DNA of 64,000 nucleotides from Blepharisma stoltei ATCC 30299 (taxonomy: Eukaryota; Protista; Ciliophora): positions 434,001 through 498,000 of the forward strand of contig CBFDEM010000002.1 in the NCBI GenBank assembly GCA_965603825.1, written 5' to 3'. A program made the position numbers and the translations under genes. Positions 1 through 13,974 of this stretch are shown piece after piece (positions within the stretch are counted from its first letter, which is position 1; each line of letters starts with the position of its first letter). The notes beneath the pieces were generated by a model. The model ran no database searches, was not told where the DNA came from, and saw only the letters and a program-made list of their open reading frames with translations.

Positions 1-508
1 GATAATTTGAATTGGAAACAATTTTTGGTAAAACTGTAATACAAATTTACGTCATTAAATTAATTATTAAAATGAGCATCTATTAGTTTTAAAAAAGTAA
101 ATGATAATTATATGGATAGCGCACATCTTCTTGTATTTTCTTTACTATTGCTACTTTCACACTTTATATGACTTTATACCAAATTACTGAAATATTTCTT
201 GCATCTGAATCCTTTTTCTTTTCGGCTATTTGTGGTTATACCTTTCCAAAATTTTATCTCAAAGCCTCTTAAGCATTAATTTCAGTTTGATCTCTTTACT
301 GCCCTTCTCCTCCGTCAGAAAAGACATTTTTTGATCGCTTATCAAAGGAGTTAAATCTTTTCTATATTAAAAATTATACTATAAATCAGAATATTTTTGT
401 TATAAAATTTTATAATATTTTACTCGCTAATTTTCTCAAATTTTATTAATGATTTTGCTTAATTTGGAGGTAGTTTGCAACTTCAATAAAAGGTATTCAA
501 TCAAGCGA

Positions 509-1081
509 TTATTTATTTTTTTATATTCAACCTTGATTTTCTTTATCAAATATTCTATTAATTTGCTTTTGCTTAACTATGTATTTATCGTGATATAAAG
601 CAAACCACAGGCTATCAGGGAAAATGATTGCAAGATTTTTTATAGTTGGAATTCTAAATATATGCATATTTTTCTGATATAAATCTATCTCAGTAGAGTA
701 TTGTGTTTGAATGTGGATGGCTTCAACTATTATTTATCTAATGAATTTTTTAAGATTAATTTATTTTTCAGGATCAATGCATGATATCATGTTTTTAATC
801 GTTCTATCTTATACGATATTATTTATCATTGGGACTTTAGCATTTTTAGGGCAAATTTTCAATTGATCCTTTTTAAGCTCTTTGATAAGCTTGCTTGTGT
901 TTGAAATGAAAGTGTCGCTGTCGATAGTATTTTTATTATTCTCTAGTGAAGTGACAACAAGTATTAGATCAATGTCCTATAATATATTCAAATCTTGGAA
1001 AGCAAGGCAAGATAATGGCCCTAAATATATCGAAAAAGCTCTTTTATTCCTGTGACTATATGCAATAGCAATATTGAACAT
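509..1081 (-). pseudogene. Possible decayed coding remnant, product unknown
   Basis: One minus-strand frame reads protein-like for ~190 codons (MFNIAIAYSH...DIDLILVVTSLENNK...FPDSLWFALYHDKY) but carries one TAG and three TAA in frame; no family recognised. Confidence 0.25.
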
Positions 1082-1818
1082 TTACTTATTGTGGAAAATG
1101 AATCAGTTGTTTCTCGAACTGTTTGAGGAAAAAACTTGAATACTTAAGGAAGGGTTTTATTTAGAACTTGCTACGACTTTTGAAATATGACTTTGTTATC
1201 CTGAGACAATTGAAGAGAGTAATTATAATAGTGTATTTGGAATTTATACTTTTATGAGGCTTGGTGCTCTGCTTATTAGTCAAAGTCCTTTTTAAATCCC
1301 TGAAAATTACTAATAGAGAAATATTTTAGTCATTATAGCTCATAAAGTAAATGATTAATTATATGCTAAGTCCTATTTTTTCCCTTTTAATTGTTTAATT
1401 ACACCCAAAAAAATATATCTCACATCGTTTAGATTACTATCTCTTCGAAAAACGATAATATCAAGCAAAGTAATTTCGATTTAGTTTAGTCAACTTATCG
1501 CATTATACGAAGCAAATACTTTAGCTTCTTGCTTAAACATAAATTGCTCTTATTTTCCCAATTTTTTGGCATTAACTCAAAGTCAACTAAAAGGTTTTGA
1601 GTAATTATTTTTTCATTATTTGTCCCTTTAAAAAATCTTTTAAGTCATTTTATCATTTTATCCGCATACACAAAATGGAAAGAGCTCAACGAAAAGATAG
1701 GAAAAAATCATAATTTTCCTTTACTTGAATCCCAAATTATTTATCAAGATCCTCATAAAAGCTCAGTTGTTTTTCTTTTATCCAAGGAGCCAAAGAGCAA
1801 GTTATAATTAATTATTAT

Positions 1819-3462
1819 CTAATAATTATATGTTTCTAAATATTCTTTAATTTTATTTTGAAATTCATCAATGCCTACATATATTTTACCTTCAATAGAA
1901 AAAGGGTCAAGTTTTGTATTTTTATTTAAGCCTTCACTAGGTATAGTTTCTTTTAATATTTCAATTACCTTTATCGCAGAATCTATCAAAGAAATATTTT
2001 GGACTATGCACTCTTTTACATTTAATCTATATAAAACAGCATAATACTGTCGACCTTCAGCTGCTTCTAATAGTTTTTCATCATATTCTGCCGTTGTAGC
2101 ATATTGCTCAAGTGAATGGTTTAGTAAAGTTTTCATTCTCTGCATTACTGCCATCTCGAGATCAGGGTCACAAGGATAAAAAAAAGCTTTAGGCCTATTG
2201 CAGATAGCATTTCATAAGAGACCTCGTAAAACTCCTATAAGCTCCAAATTCAGTTTAGATTTTTTTATTTTAAAAGCCATTTGCATTTTCCCATTATAAT
2301 TTTTACTCAGCTTTTCCACTTGAATTGGCTGTAAGAGCTGATTTAATGTGAATTTGACTCTTGCATAATTATATTTATTATTTTTCAAAGCAAATCCATA
2401 ATTCGTAAGCAAAACTCTGTTAGAATATTTTCCATAAGAAATACAAACTTGAGAGCCTGCTTCATAAGATTCAGAACTCCCAGCAGAAATTCTAAATGAA
2501 TTCCTTTCTTCATCAAATTTTTTTTTAATTTCTTTTTCTCTAGACGCAGCTTTCAGTTTCTTCATAAAAATTTTTCCATCAATTTTTTTGGCTTCTGCTT
2601 CGATTTTTTTTGAATTTTTTTCCATTGGTTCTGTCAAATGATCATATATGCCAAAATTTAATCTATGCAACTTTTGGCTAGATAAAGTCAAGCATGGAGG
2701 ATCTTCAATTATAGCTTCATCCTCATCTTCGCTATCTGTATTGATTTCTTCATAATTCCTGCCTCACTCATTTTCATTTCCATACTTATAGCTTTCATAG
2801 TTAATTCCATGGTTAAATAAATCTGCAAGAGGCACTAATGATAAATTGGGCAGTCCTTTACGAAAGCTTCTTGTTTCTATAGTTTTTCAGCATTTATTGA
2901 TTATTTCTTCTTCTATATCTTCAACTATAAAAATATGAGGGTATTCTTTTAATATGCTATTGAGCTCTTTAATAGATGCTTTTCTTTTCTTTCTTCTAAA
3001 ATTAGTATCATATAATATTGAAATATCTTGAAGCTCAATTAAATCCTTTGCTCCCCAATCCTGCAAATTTTCTATGTTTCTTGGAAATGAATTGAAATAA
3101 GGAAACCAAAATGATCCTGGGCCTTTTGCAATCTCAAACAGTAAAAATGTTATCAGTCGATTTTCTTCATAATCTCTAGCTTTAATAGAAAAATACTCAG
3201 GGTGCGCTGAAAAAATTTCTTCCAGTTGAAGAGGTGTATGCAAATTTAAAGAAAAAATCACACTATTAGGGACTACTAAAAGACATTCTTCAGCAGAGAT
3301 GGGAGATCGAGCTTGAATTCCATAATATTTATTTGAAAATTGCACAGGGTATAGCAAGTTTAGGTTAAGATAGATACCAACTTCTCTGGCTCAGTGAAAA
3401 AGCAATGCGATTTCTTCAGGCTGATCTACTTCTTTTGAATCTTCTTCCCTATGAATTTCCAT
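1819..3462 (-). CDS. SET-domain protein methyltransferase (SETD3/SETD4/Rubisco-LSMT class), 547 aa
   Basis: Three track ORFs share a frame and are joined by TGA=Trp. ATG at 3462, TAG at 1819-1821. Motifs LFHWAREVG, GSFWFPYFNSFP, TRSF...LVPLADLFNH, QVCISYGKYSNRVLLTNYGF. Confidence 0.9.
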
Positions 3463-3765
3463 ATAAGAATTATTAATAGAATTTTAAATTTTTTTCAATA
3501 GATTTATTGTTAGTGAACGCTCTTAGAGTTCTCTCGTAGCTCTCTAAAATGAATTTAAGCTAATGCTCTTCAAATTCAAGCTAATGAGCAGTCTGATGTT
3601 AAAAATAATCAGGTTTATAGATATCTTTTACAAGCATCAGGTAGGATCACTCTGAACTATAGCTCAAAAACTATGTTATGCCTTATTCGGGTATACGCAT
3701 CTTTATAAATTTAAAAAATTAAGAGAATTTTAGTTATCCTTAAAGTGCTTATAGAGTCAAATAAC

Positions 3766-6700
3766 TTAAGCTTCTCTTTGATTGTTCACTGCAGGGATAA
3801 GCTGAGAAACTTCATAAAGTTTCTTTAGCTTATGATTTTCTCTTAGTATAATAGGCCAATATATGCATAAATAAGCCAGAATATAAAATAAGCCAAAGAA
3901 AGAGGTTAAGTAAATAATGTAATTTACTTGCAAATTTACAAAATCCATCGAACTTTGATCAAAAAGTGGAACTCTCGCTAATATCAAGTTTTGCAACTTT
4001 ATTTGCCTACTCCAAAATCTATTAACTTCTTTCGCTATGTTTTCTGAGTTTGAATAGGCATAAAATGGTGCCTCACTTTTTAAAAGTATAGCTCCAGAAT
4101 AAGTTCCAAAATCAAAAATAACATCTGGAGCATTAGGAATATGCTCAAAAAATAGCCCTTTTAATTGATTAGTAAATAACCCTCTATATTTCACGCTAGA
4201 CGTGAGATGAGTTGATATACTATACCTTTTGATGGCATCAAAAATCATAAAGTTTGGGTCAGCAAAACCGTATTGAGAGCTGAGAATTTCAACTGTCGAG
4301 TAATTTTTTCCTATAGACATTTCTGACGCTCAATAGCAAATTTCGGAAATTTCACTAACTCTAAAAAAATAAGCCTCAAGTAGCTTAAATCTTTTTATTA
4401 AATTATTTTTGCATGATGGATATAGGTACATCCCTACAAGAAAGGTATGAAGGATTGAAGACAATATAAGCAATGAGCATAAAATTGTGAAATATTTAGA
4501 GAATCTTTCATTGATGGACTTTTCTTTTCCTTTATGTTTTCTTTGAATTTCTTGCTGATATGGAAAGCAATCATGAACTGCAGATAGCCTGTCCATGCAA
4601 CTTTGATATAACTCAATATGCGCAGGATTTTCTTGTTTTCTTATATAATTCCATATTTCATTGTACTTTTTGTGGAAATTTATTATAAGAATCATTAATA
4701 TGGCACTCAGAAAGCATATCAATACAAAATCCATTAAAATGAAGATAATTATCGCATTATCAACTTCATTTATCCTATTTAATTCACATTCAACAAGTCC
4801 TGCTAATGTAGAATTCATAATTTTATAGCTTGTCCCAAGTCCATTTTTTATTAAAAAAAATTTGTCTTCTTTATAATCATTGTTTTCTTTAAAATTTTTC
4901 ATAAATGAATTTCCCTGAATATAGCTTACATGGATAATAAACTCATTCACCGTATCGTATAAAGTACGATAATCAAAATTATTGAGGCTTCACATAGGAA
5001 TTATTTCGTTTTTTACAATTCTAGAGCTTGGACAATAGCTTCATTGACTGTAATCATGAGCGATAGCAGTACGCAAAGAATTTAAAATACTTATGCTTTT
5101 ATTAAGAGAAAGCTCATAAAATGCCATATCAAGATCAGGATATTTGGTAGAAAGATCTATTGCTCTAGACCTGAAAGCCAGATTTGTTATTTCTTGCATA
5201 AAAACTGCAATATGCTCGACCTTTCCGAGATCGCTTGAATGATTAATTTCTGTGAGTATATATATTAAGATCCCTATATTCATTAAGATAACTCCAAAAA
5301 TTGAGACTATAAGTGTCCAGTTAACTGCTTTTAAGGCAAATTGAGCGCTTTTTTTCATCTTTTTACAAGCATCTAAATATTAATTACTGGCAATGCGTGT
5401 TGACGAGTGGCTGCTTGCAATTGTATTTGAGTTTCCCTGCTCATTTGGCTTGATTTCAAACTTTCCTAGTAATTCAGCATCTTCTTGATTATAGGCCATG
5501 TCTCCTGTACTATGCTGATATGATTCCATTCCTTTATACACGTTCAGCAGTTGATTGCCGTTTAAATTATTTTCAAAATGTTCTTGCTGCCATTCATCTT
5601 CTCCATTATCTCATTCATTAATTTCGCTCTTATTATGAATTAAAAGCAGCAAGTTTAAAGTATGTGATTTTACTATCAGTTTAATAAATACAAACAGTAG
5701 AGGTTTTCCGTTATGAGTTATTAGGACTGGAATTTGAGATTTTAGCTGAGAAAAATTAAGGTTGGGGATAAGATCGCTTATATTTTCATTCTTCACTGAG
5801 GGTTTTTCGCATTGGATATATTGTAAAAATCTGGCACTATGAGCGTAGATTTCTCCTTTGTCAGAAACTAAAACGCACTCTCTTTGTTTTAAAACTGGTC
5901 TCATTATAGCAACAAAATATATGTGGTTAATCAAAGAAACCATATGGACTTCGAGAGAGCACTCTACTAAGTACCCCTTTTCAGTTTGCAAAATTGGTGA
6001 TTTTACAGGGCTGATTTCTGGATTTAAACAGTTTTTTATATATCTTATCAAGTATTTGGAATGGTTGGTAGAATAAGGCTCTGGAATGTAATTATCTAGC
6101 TTTGATCCGATAATACTATTTGCAGACTGTCCTAAAATGTTTGCTGCAATTGCATTTGCATAAACGAAAATTCCAAAAGATGATTTTTCGCCTGAAACTA
6201 CCAAAAATCCGTTAGAGTCCGAAAATGATAAAGAAGTGCTTCTGTTTTCTTGCAAATCCTTTAAATAAAGACTTTCTTTTTTTAGAAGTAGTTTGTTCCC
6301 AAATTCATCTTTTTTCAGTATATCGATTTGCAAAGAACCGTAAAGTTCATGGCAAGCTGTTCTATTAGGGAACTTTTTTACAAGAGTAGAATACCCTTTA
6401 TTTACCTCATCCAATGTTTCTGAAACTTGGCTGGATAATAAATTTAGCTTCTCAATTCTTGGCATTGAGGAATACACTTCCGCCCAGAAATCCAGTAACT
6501 TATAGCATAAGACTCTATCCATCGCTTTTATATGGTCTAATTCCAAAAAATAATAAATAGTGCCTATGTCTTCGTAAGCCCCTGTATTATTTTGTCCTAG
6601 ATGCTTGGCGACTACTCATTCCTGATAAGAGCCTTCTACTGTAGATTTTAATAGAAAAATTTTGTGGAATTTTACTCTTGCTAGTCTTTCATTTTTGATA

Positions 6701-7917
6701 GAATAAAGACAGTAATTTGTTTCCCATATGCATAGAAGCTTGTTTGTTTTATGAGAGAATTTTTTTAGAGCTTTATTGAATTGTTTGGAAAGTTCTGCTA
6801 GGTGCTCTGAATCTTCTTCCATTAAAATGTCTCTATAATATTGTTCAAATTCATACTGAGTTTGCAAATTATCTTCTTGGACCCTGGAGAATCTTTTTAG
6901 CAAATAATTCATGATTATATAAGTTAATATAGGGTTAATTATCCAAAAAAATCCAATTATGAGCAAGGAATTATCAATAGCTTTTCCAAAGAGAAAAGCT
7001 AATGTCATAAAACAGATTCCTAAATTTCTGATGATAATAATTGAATTTATATATAAACTGTAATAAGGAATAAGCTTTATTGTCTTGTAAACAATGCAGA
7101 TAGAATAAGCTAAAAGAATAGTTTGATGAAAATAATACGTATATTGATTAAATAGCACATAAGCAATTGATGCAATGTATGAAAAAGTGATCATATATAG
7201 ATCAATAATTGAATGAGCTCTTGCTTTGATATTATCAGTTGAAAAAGTATGCCTTAACTCAGCAGAAAAAATTTCTCTTCCATATGCCAATAATGGTAAT
7301 ATAAATAAATTAAGCCCAGATAAAAGAACTCCAAATGAGCCAAAATTCAAGTTGCAGTTTACACATGACTCATATTCATCTACATTATTTTTATTCATAA
7401 GAGAATATTTCAAAGATAGCATAAAAATGAGGATGCATGGAATAAATCCAACAGTTGTAAGAAAATATAAAAAAATTTTGGGTATTCATATTAACTGAGA
7501 CTCACAGCTTCCTCCTTTGTAGCTTCTTATAGCTAGCAATAAAATAAACATCAAGCACGAATAAATCAATACATTTAAAGCTAAAAAGCACCCAAATAGA
7601 CTTTCCGACTCAGCGCAAATTTGATCAATATTTATGTATCCTATAATATTCCAATGTTTCTCCATGTAATCATGAGGATTTAAAATTGAACCTCAATTTA
7701 ACCTTACTATCTGCAGGGAAAGAACTAGATTTATGCATCCTTGATACAATTTTTTGTTTAAGTTGTTTTTATGGAACTTTTTTTTTCTTGATGTATAAAG
7801 AAGAGAAAATGCGCCGAATACTGAATTCTTAGTAGTTTCAAATATGTTGGACCAATTCAAAATATGATTTTCTGATGATTCTGCTTTGAAATTCAAATTT
7901 TCTGATTGTTCTTCCAT
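3766..7917 (-). CDS. PAS-domain multipass membrane protein (TmcB-like), tandem copy 1, ~1373 aa, two introns
   Basis: Six in-frame ORF pieces joined through TGA. N-terminal TM block, PAS motif IFVYANAIAANILG...IIGSKLDNYIPEPYSTNH, C-terminal TM block. TAA stop at 3766-3768. Confidence 0.85.
4915..4929 (-). other. 15-nt spliceosomal intron (copy 1, intron B, phase 0)
   Basis: GTAAGCTATATTCAG; A at -6; same position as the stop-containing introns of copies 2 and 4; no stop if retained (VSYIQ). Confidence 0.75.
5373..5387 (-). other. 15-nt intron (copy 1, intron A, phase 1)
   Basis: GTAATTAATATTTAG; contains an in-frame TAA (5380-5382), so removal is required to keep the ORF. Confidence 0.9.
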
Positions 7918-8594
7918 TATTTATTAGATCTTGCAACGATTATCTATATCAGATAAAAATATATATTATAAGTTCATTTTGGATCTGGAAATTCTAAAGC
8001 ATTCATGGTTAGTGCTCGATACGATTGAATACAAATTACAAGCTAAACTAATGATTGAAAAAATTTATGATTGATTAAAATTAAAGTTTTTAAGCGCTTA
8101 AATTTCACTTAGACTCCAAAAAATATCAATTTTGGAATTTATCTTGATCGAGGTTTTATAAAGAGCTATCTATCAGTAATTTGCTTAAATTATTATTGGA
8201 TTTTTAAACATTTTTATAGTTCAAGAAAAGTCTAATATGAAGATTTGTATAGAAATTCATGAGTTAATTCTTAAACTATCTTGGCTTTTATTATTCTTAA
8301 CATTTTTTTATTCATGACTCTTTAGGAGAGCTTAACAGTTAAGAAAACAGAACTTCATTTATTATATTAAATAGTTAGCCTCCTAGGCTTTAAAATTGTG
8401 GCCTCTCTTTTAATAGTCAATGGTTAGTATCGAGAGCTTTATTGGCAGAATTGCGTTAAAGAGCTTTGCAGCTTAACTTGGTCCTCAAACCATTATTTTA
8501 AGTTCTTAAGCATTGAAAGCGTATATTCTAATTATATAAAATTTTCGTAATTTATATAGAAAGAGATTTGAAATTATTTATGCTTTAAGACTAT

Positions 8595-11500
8595 TTAGCT
8601 AGACTGGATTTTATCTTTACTGATCAGATATGGTATAAGTTTCGAAATTTCGTAAATATTTTCTAATTTATGGTTTTCACTTATAATTACTGGCCAGCAC
8701 AGAATAAAATATGCTGCTACTAAGAAAATCCCAAAGTAAAGTACGACATTAAAAATATAATTTACCTGAGAATTGACATAATCTTTAGATCCTTCATCAA
8801 ATACTGGAGTTCTTGTTCTTATTAGAGTCTGTAATATTCAAGCTCGATTGATAAATTTATCTATCTGTTTAACTATATCCTTAACATTAGAATAAGCATA
8901 AAATGTAAAATCTCGCCTTAAAAGAATTGCTCCAATATAAGACCCTAAATGATAAATTATATTTGGAGCATCAGGATATTTTTCGAAGTAAAGAATTTCT
9001 AATTTTCTTGAAAATAATTCTCTATATCTCTCATTTGAGGTAATATGGACTGATGCATCATATCTATCAATAACATCAGAAAGCATATGATTTGGATCTG
9101 CAAAGCTATAGTGAGGAAAAAGAAGTTCAGAAGAAGAATCATTTTTCCCAAGTGCTAGCTCAGCTGCCCAGTAGCATGCTTCAGAAATTTCGCAAGCTCT
9201 TATATAATAAGCTTCTATAAGCTCATATCTCTTGATTAAATTATCTTTGCATAATGGATAGAAGTAATATCCAATAAGGATATCACACAGAATAGAGGTT
9301 ATTATAAGTATTGAGCAAACAAGCACAAATTTAATATAGGATTTTTCATAGACTGAATGCATTTTAGAGTATTTTTTAATTTGAAATTCTTGCTGGTCAG
9401 GAATTGAGTTGTGAATTAATGAAAGTCTGTCAAAACATATTTGAAAAAGCTCAGCACGTACATTGATGGCCTTTTTTCTTATATAATTTCAAATTTGATT
9501 ATTTTTTTGATGATAATTCGCTATTAAAACTAGCAAAATTGTACTTATAATGCTCAGCAGCATTATCGCTATAAAAACTAAAACCAAAATCATTTCATCA
9601 TCATCTTCTACTCGTTTCTTCTCACATTCAATAAGGCCCGATAAAGATCCATTAAGAATTTTATAGCTTTCTCCTAAGCCGTTTATTATCAAAAAGAATT
9701 CATCGTCTAAATAGTATTCATTCTGCTGGAAAAGTTTAAGAAAAGATTTTCCCTAAATATAAATTACATGACTCATAAATTCACCAATCACGTCATAAAG
9801 TGTATGATAAGAGATGGGATGTAAAGAATTACGATTCCATATAGGAATTAATTCTTGCTGGACTACATCAGAACTTGAACAATAACTTCATAAATCATAG
9901 TCATCAATTATATTTTCGTGAAGAGAATCTAAAAGATTAAGACTCTCATTGAAGGCTGACTCATAAAATGTTTCATTGATATTTGGATGCTTAGTTGAAA
10001 GTTCAAGCATTCTAGAAGTATAGCCAAGAATAGTAATTTGCTGAATATAAGAAGCAAGATTTTTTACATTGGCTAGATCATTTGAAAGACTTACTTCTGT
10101 GGATATATAAAGAAAGATTCCAATATTCATAAAAATAACTATAAAAATCGACACAATTAAAATTCATTTGATGAGTTTCAATATCTTTTCTGCACTCTTT
10201 TTCATCTTTTCTTCAACACCTAAATGTCATTTACTTAAAAAATTAATAGATGAGATGCTGCTTTCAGCAGTATTTATATTCATTTTATCATCTGCCTTAT
10301 TCTCAAATAACTCTGTATTGCCTAAACGAGTGTCTTCGTCACTTTCTTCATGTATTGTAAGTCTGTTTGAATTTTTTATTATTTCAAAATTATTTGGGCA
10401 TTTTTCAACTAAAACCTTTTGCCAGTCATCATCCCCATTTTTTCATTCTTCAATTTCAGTCTCATCATTAACCAAAAGAAACAAATTTAGAATCGTTGAG
10501 CTCAATTTAATTTTTATTAAAACACAAAGTATAATTTGATTTTCATGAGTGAGTCGTACAGGAACATGTGATAAAAGTGACGAAAAATTGAGACTTGGAA
10601 TCAGATCTTCAATGTTTTCATTATTTCCAGTTAGCTTTGTGCATTGGAGTTTCTGCAAAAATGATTCGCTGTGGGCATAAATCTGGCCATCAACAGAAAG
10701 TAATGCGCATTCTCGTTTTTTAGAGACTGGCTTCATTACAGCTATGAAGTAAATGTGTTTAATTAAGGAAACTAAGTAGACTCTAAAAAAGCATTCTACG
10801 ATGTAGCCTCTTTCTGTTTGGAGAAAATGAGACATTCTTATACTTGATTGCAGATTAATGCTCTTTTTTATATAATTTTTCATAAGTCGTGCATGAGACC
10901 ATGAATAAGGAGCTGGAATGTAAGTTTCAAGCTTTGAACCAACAATAGTAGAAATGGCTTGATTTAAGATTTGAGATACTGTTGAATTTGCATATACAAT
11001 ATCTCCAAAAGTACTTTTATCTGCAGAAACAATGAGAAAGCCATTTGAATCAGAAAATGGCATGAACTTGTTTTTGCTTTCATGATGATCTACTAAAGAT
11101 AGATTGTCTTTTTTAAATGCAGATGATCTACTTTTATTTTTTCTGAGGATTTGAGTCTCCAACGAGTTATAAAGATCATGGCAGGCAGATCTATCAGGGA
11201 ATGTTTTTAGAAGATTTTTATATCCTTTATTAACACTATCTAAAGTTTCATGCACATGATTTAAAAGCAAACTCAATTTGCCAATTCTTGGATTTTGAGA
11301 AATTATTTCGCTTCAAAAATCCATCATTTTATTGCACAAAATTTTATCCTTCCTCTTAATTTTGTCTAGCTCTAAAAAGTAATAAATTGTACAAATATCT
11401 TCATATATTCCAGTATTATTTTTTTCGAGTAATTTATGAATTTTCCATTCTTGATACCGTCCTTCCATTTGTGATTCTAATGAAAAACTTTTATTAAATT

Positions 11501-12755
11501 TTAGCCTTGCTAATCTTTCATCTCGCAGAATATACAAGCAATAATTTGTTTCCCAAATGATAAAAAGCTTATCAGCATTAAACCTTTTTGTTTTTCTACC
11601 ATTGTGGAACTCGTCTAGCATTTTTTTCCTATCCACGCAAGAATCATCCATCAAGGTGTATCTATAATGCTTTTCAAACTCATATTGATTTATCAAAAAA
11701 TATTTATTCTCTGTTACAGAATAAAATTTCTTTGTGGCATAACTTAAAATTATAAAGATCAATATTGGGTTAATAATCCAAAAAATTGCAATGGTTACTG
11801 AATTATTGTCAATGGCTTCACCGAATATAAAAGCTAGGCTTGTGAAAAATATTTCTGAGTTTCTGGCTATTATTGATGCATTTGAAAATAAATTGTAATA
11901 AGGAAAATGCTTTATTGTTTTATAAACAATATAGGCTGAATATGCAGTAATAATCATCTGGTGGTAATAAAATCGATATTGATTAAATAGAACGAAAATA
12001 ATTGGGGAAATAAAAGAAAAAGTGATCATCTCGAGGTCTATATACGAATGTGCTCTTGAGTTTAAGCTATCTGAAGCAAAAGTATGCCTTAGTTCAGCTG
12101 AGGTAATTTCTCTGCCATATACAAGAAACGGCAATAAAAACAAATTAATAAGTGAGAAAAATACCCCAAATAATCCAAAATTCATATTGCAATTGTCGCA
12201 TGACTCATACTCAGCTGTTCTCTCTTCATTAATTAAAGAATATTTCAGTACTAGCATAAACATAAGTGTGCAAGGTGCAAATCCAATAGTAGAAAAAATA
12301 GACAATATAGCTTTTGGAATAAATATTAAATGTGAATCGAAGCTTAATCCTTTATAACTTTTTATACTCAGGAATAATATAAAAATTGTCGGGATAGCTA
12401 TTAAAATTCCACAGATAATAATGCATGCAAATAATAAACCTAAATCTGCGAAAATCTGATCAAAACTAGCATAGCCTAAAACTCTTCAATGCTTATCTAC
12501 GCTATTTTGCGTGTCAAAGCTTATTCTTCAATTTAGCCTTATCAATTGAAGACAAATCACAGAGTTGATACAAATCTGGGATATTTTTTCATTAATTTTG
12601 TGCTCTATTGAGGTTTTCTCTTTGTAACTATAGATAATAGAGAAAGCTCCAAATAATGAATTTTGTACAGTTAATAAAAAGTCCGAACATCCGGATGTGC
12701 TCCTTTTAAAGGAATCTAGCTTAAAATTTGAACTTTCCAGAAGCTCTTCTTCCAT
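8595..12755 (-). CDS. PAS-domain multipass membrane protein (TmcB-like), tandem copy 2, ~1376 aa, two introns
   Basis: ORF pieces in frame via TGA; collinear with copy 1 (AELRHTF, IWETNYCLY, FSDSNGFLIVS, YANS...IVGSKLETYIPAPYS, ENHKL..YEIS.LIP). TAA at 8595-8597. Confidence 0.85.
9753..9767 (-). other. 15-nt intron (copy 2, intron B)
   Basis: GTAATTTATATTTAG; the terminal TAG is in frame. Confidence 0.9.
10220..10234 (-). other. 15-nt intron (copy 2, intron A)
   Basis: GTAAATGACATTTAG at the homologous position; if retained it reads S-K-W(TGA)-H-L with no true stop. Confidence 0.75.
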
Positions 12756-13974
12756 TAATTTATTACATTAGAAGCTATTATATCCCAAGCACTTTTACTG
12801 GTAAGACTCCTTAATCTGCCTAATCAATTTAAGGAGTTGGATTTCTCACTACTGAATGAAAAGATAGCTATCCGAATTAACAAATATTTTCCCTGCATGA
12901 ATTAGCCTAGGAGTTTGCCATGCAAGATCGACTGTAAATATGACTGCTAGAATATACAACAAAATACGTCCAATTCTAAAAACTAAGTTATATGATTAAA
13001 ATTGTTTATTGAGCTTAATGAACTCTATTCAGATGAAAATATACAGCTAAAAAACGAAACAATACTAAATTCTTTACGGCTATTTTTCATTCAGTGATGA
13101 CGTAATAAAATAATTTATTTATTGTTTAATTAGCAATAAAACATAATAAATTGAGTGACAAAAATTATTAGCTCAATTTATTCTTCTTTTTTTGGAAAAA
13201 TTTATTAGATAGACAAAAAATAATAATTTTATTTAGCTTTGGCAAATTAATTCTATCTTATAGCATTATAATATTTTATAATGGCTAATTTCCGTTCTCG
13301 CTGATTAACTACAGGAATTTCAATTATTTAAAGTTATTTCATATTTCATGATGGGATTAACTAAAAACTTTTATGCTCAGTAGCAGAGATATTTTTAATA
13401 GTTTTACTGACAGACGGCATTATGAATTTCATAAAGTTTATGCAATTTATGATTTTCTCTTATAATAATATAGCAAAAAAAACGGAAAGCGATAAAAATC
13501 TTAAAATAGTTTAGGTAAATAGCATAACCAAAATTTTTGAAGCCTTTAATAAATTATATTATTTTCTTTTATTATATGCCTATGCCTTGAACAGATATGT
13601 GTTAACTTTTAAATCAAAAATGTTGTCAGGTTTAAATAAGCTTGAGAAGTTATTTTTAAATAATTCTCTTACTTTATTCTGAAAAGGATTCTTAGAGAGT
13701 AAAATTTATTTAATTTGATTTGGCTTCAACATTAATTAATGCAAAATGATAAATATAGATTTTAAGGATGCTTTTAAAATTATATAATCAGTGTATATTT
13801 ATAAAAGAAAGAGGCTAGTTTTAAGTTTAAATTAATTAATAAATAGAAGAATAATTAGATTTTATATGATAAAACTATAACTCAATTGTTGAATAATCCA
13901 AAAATATATCTTAATTAATAGTTTAGCTAGAAGTAAAGGTCTGTTTAGCCTATATTAGATATATCATTACATAA

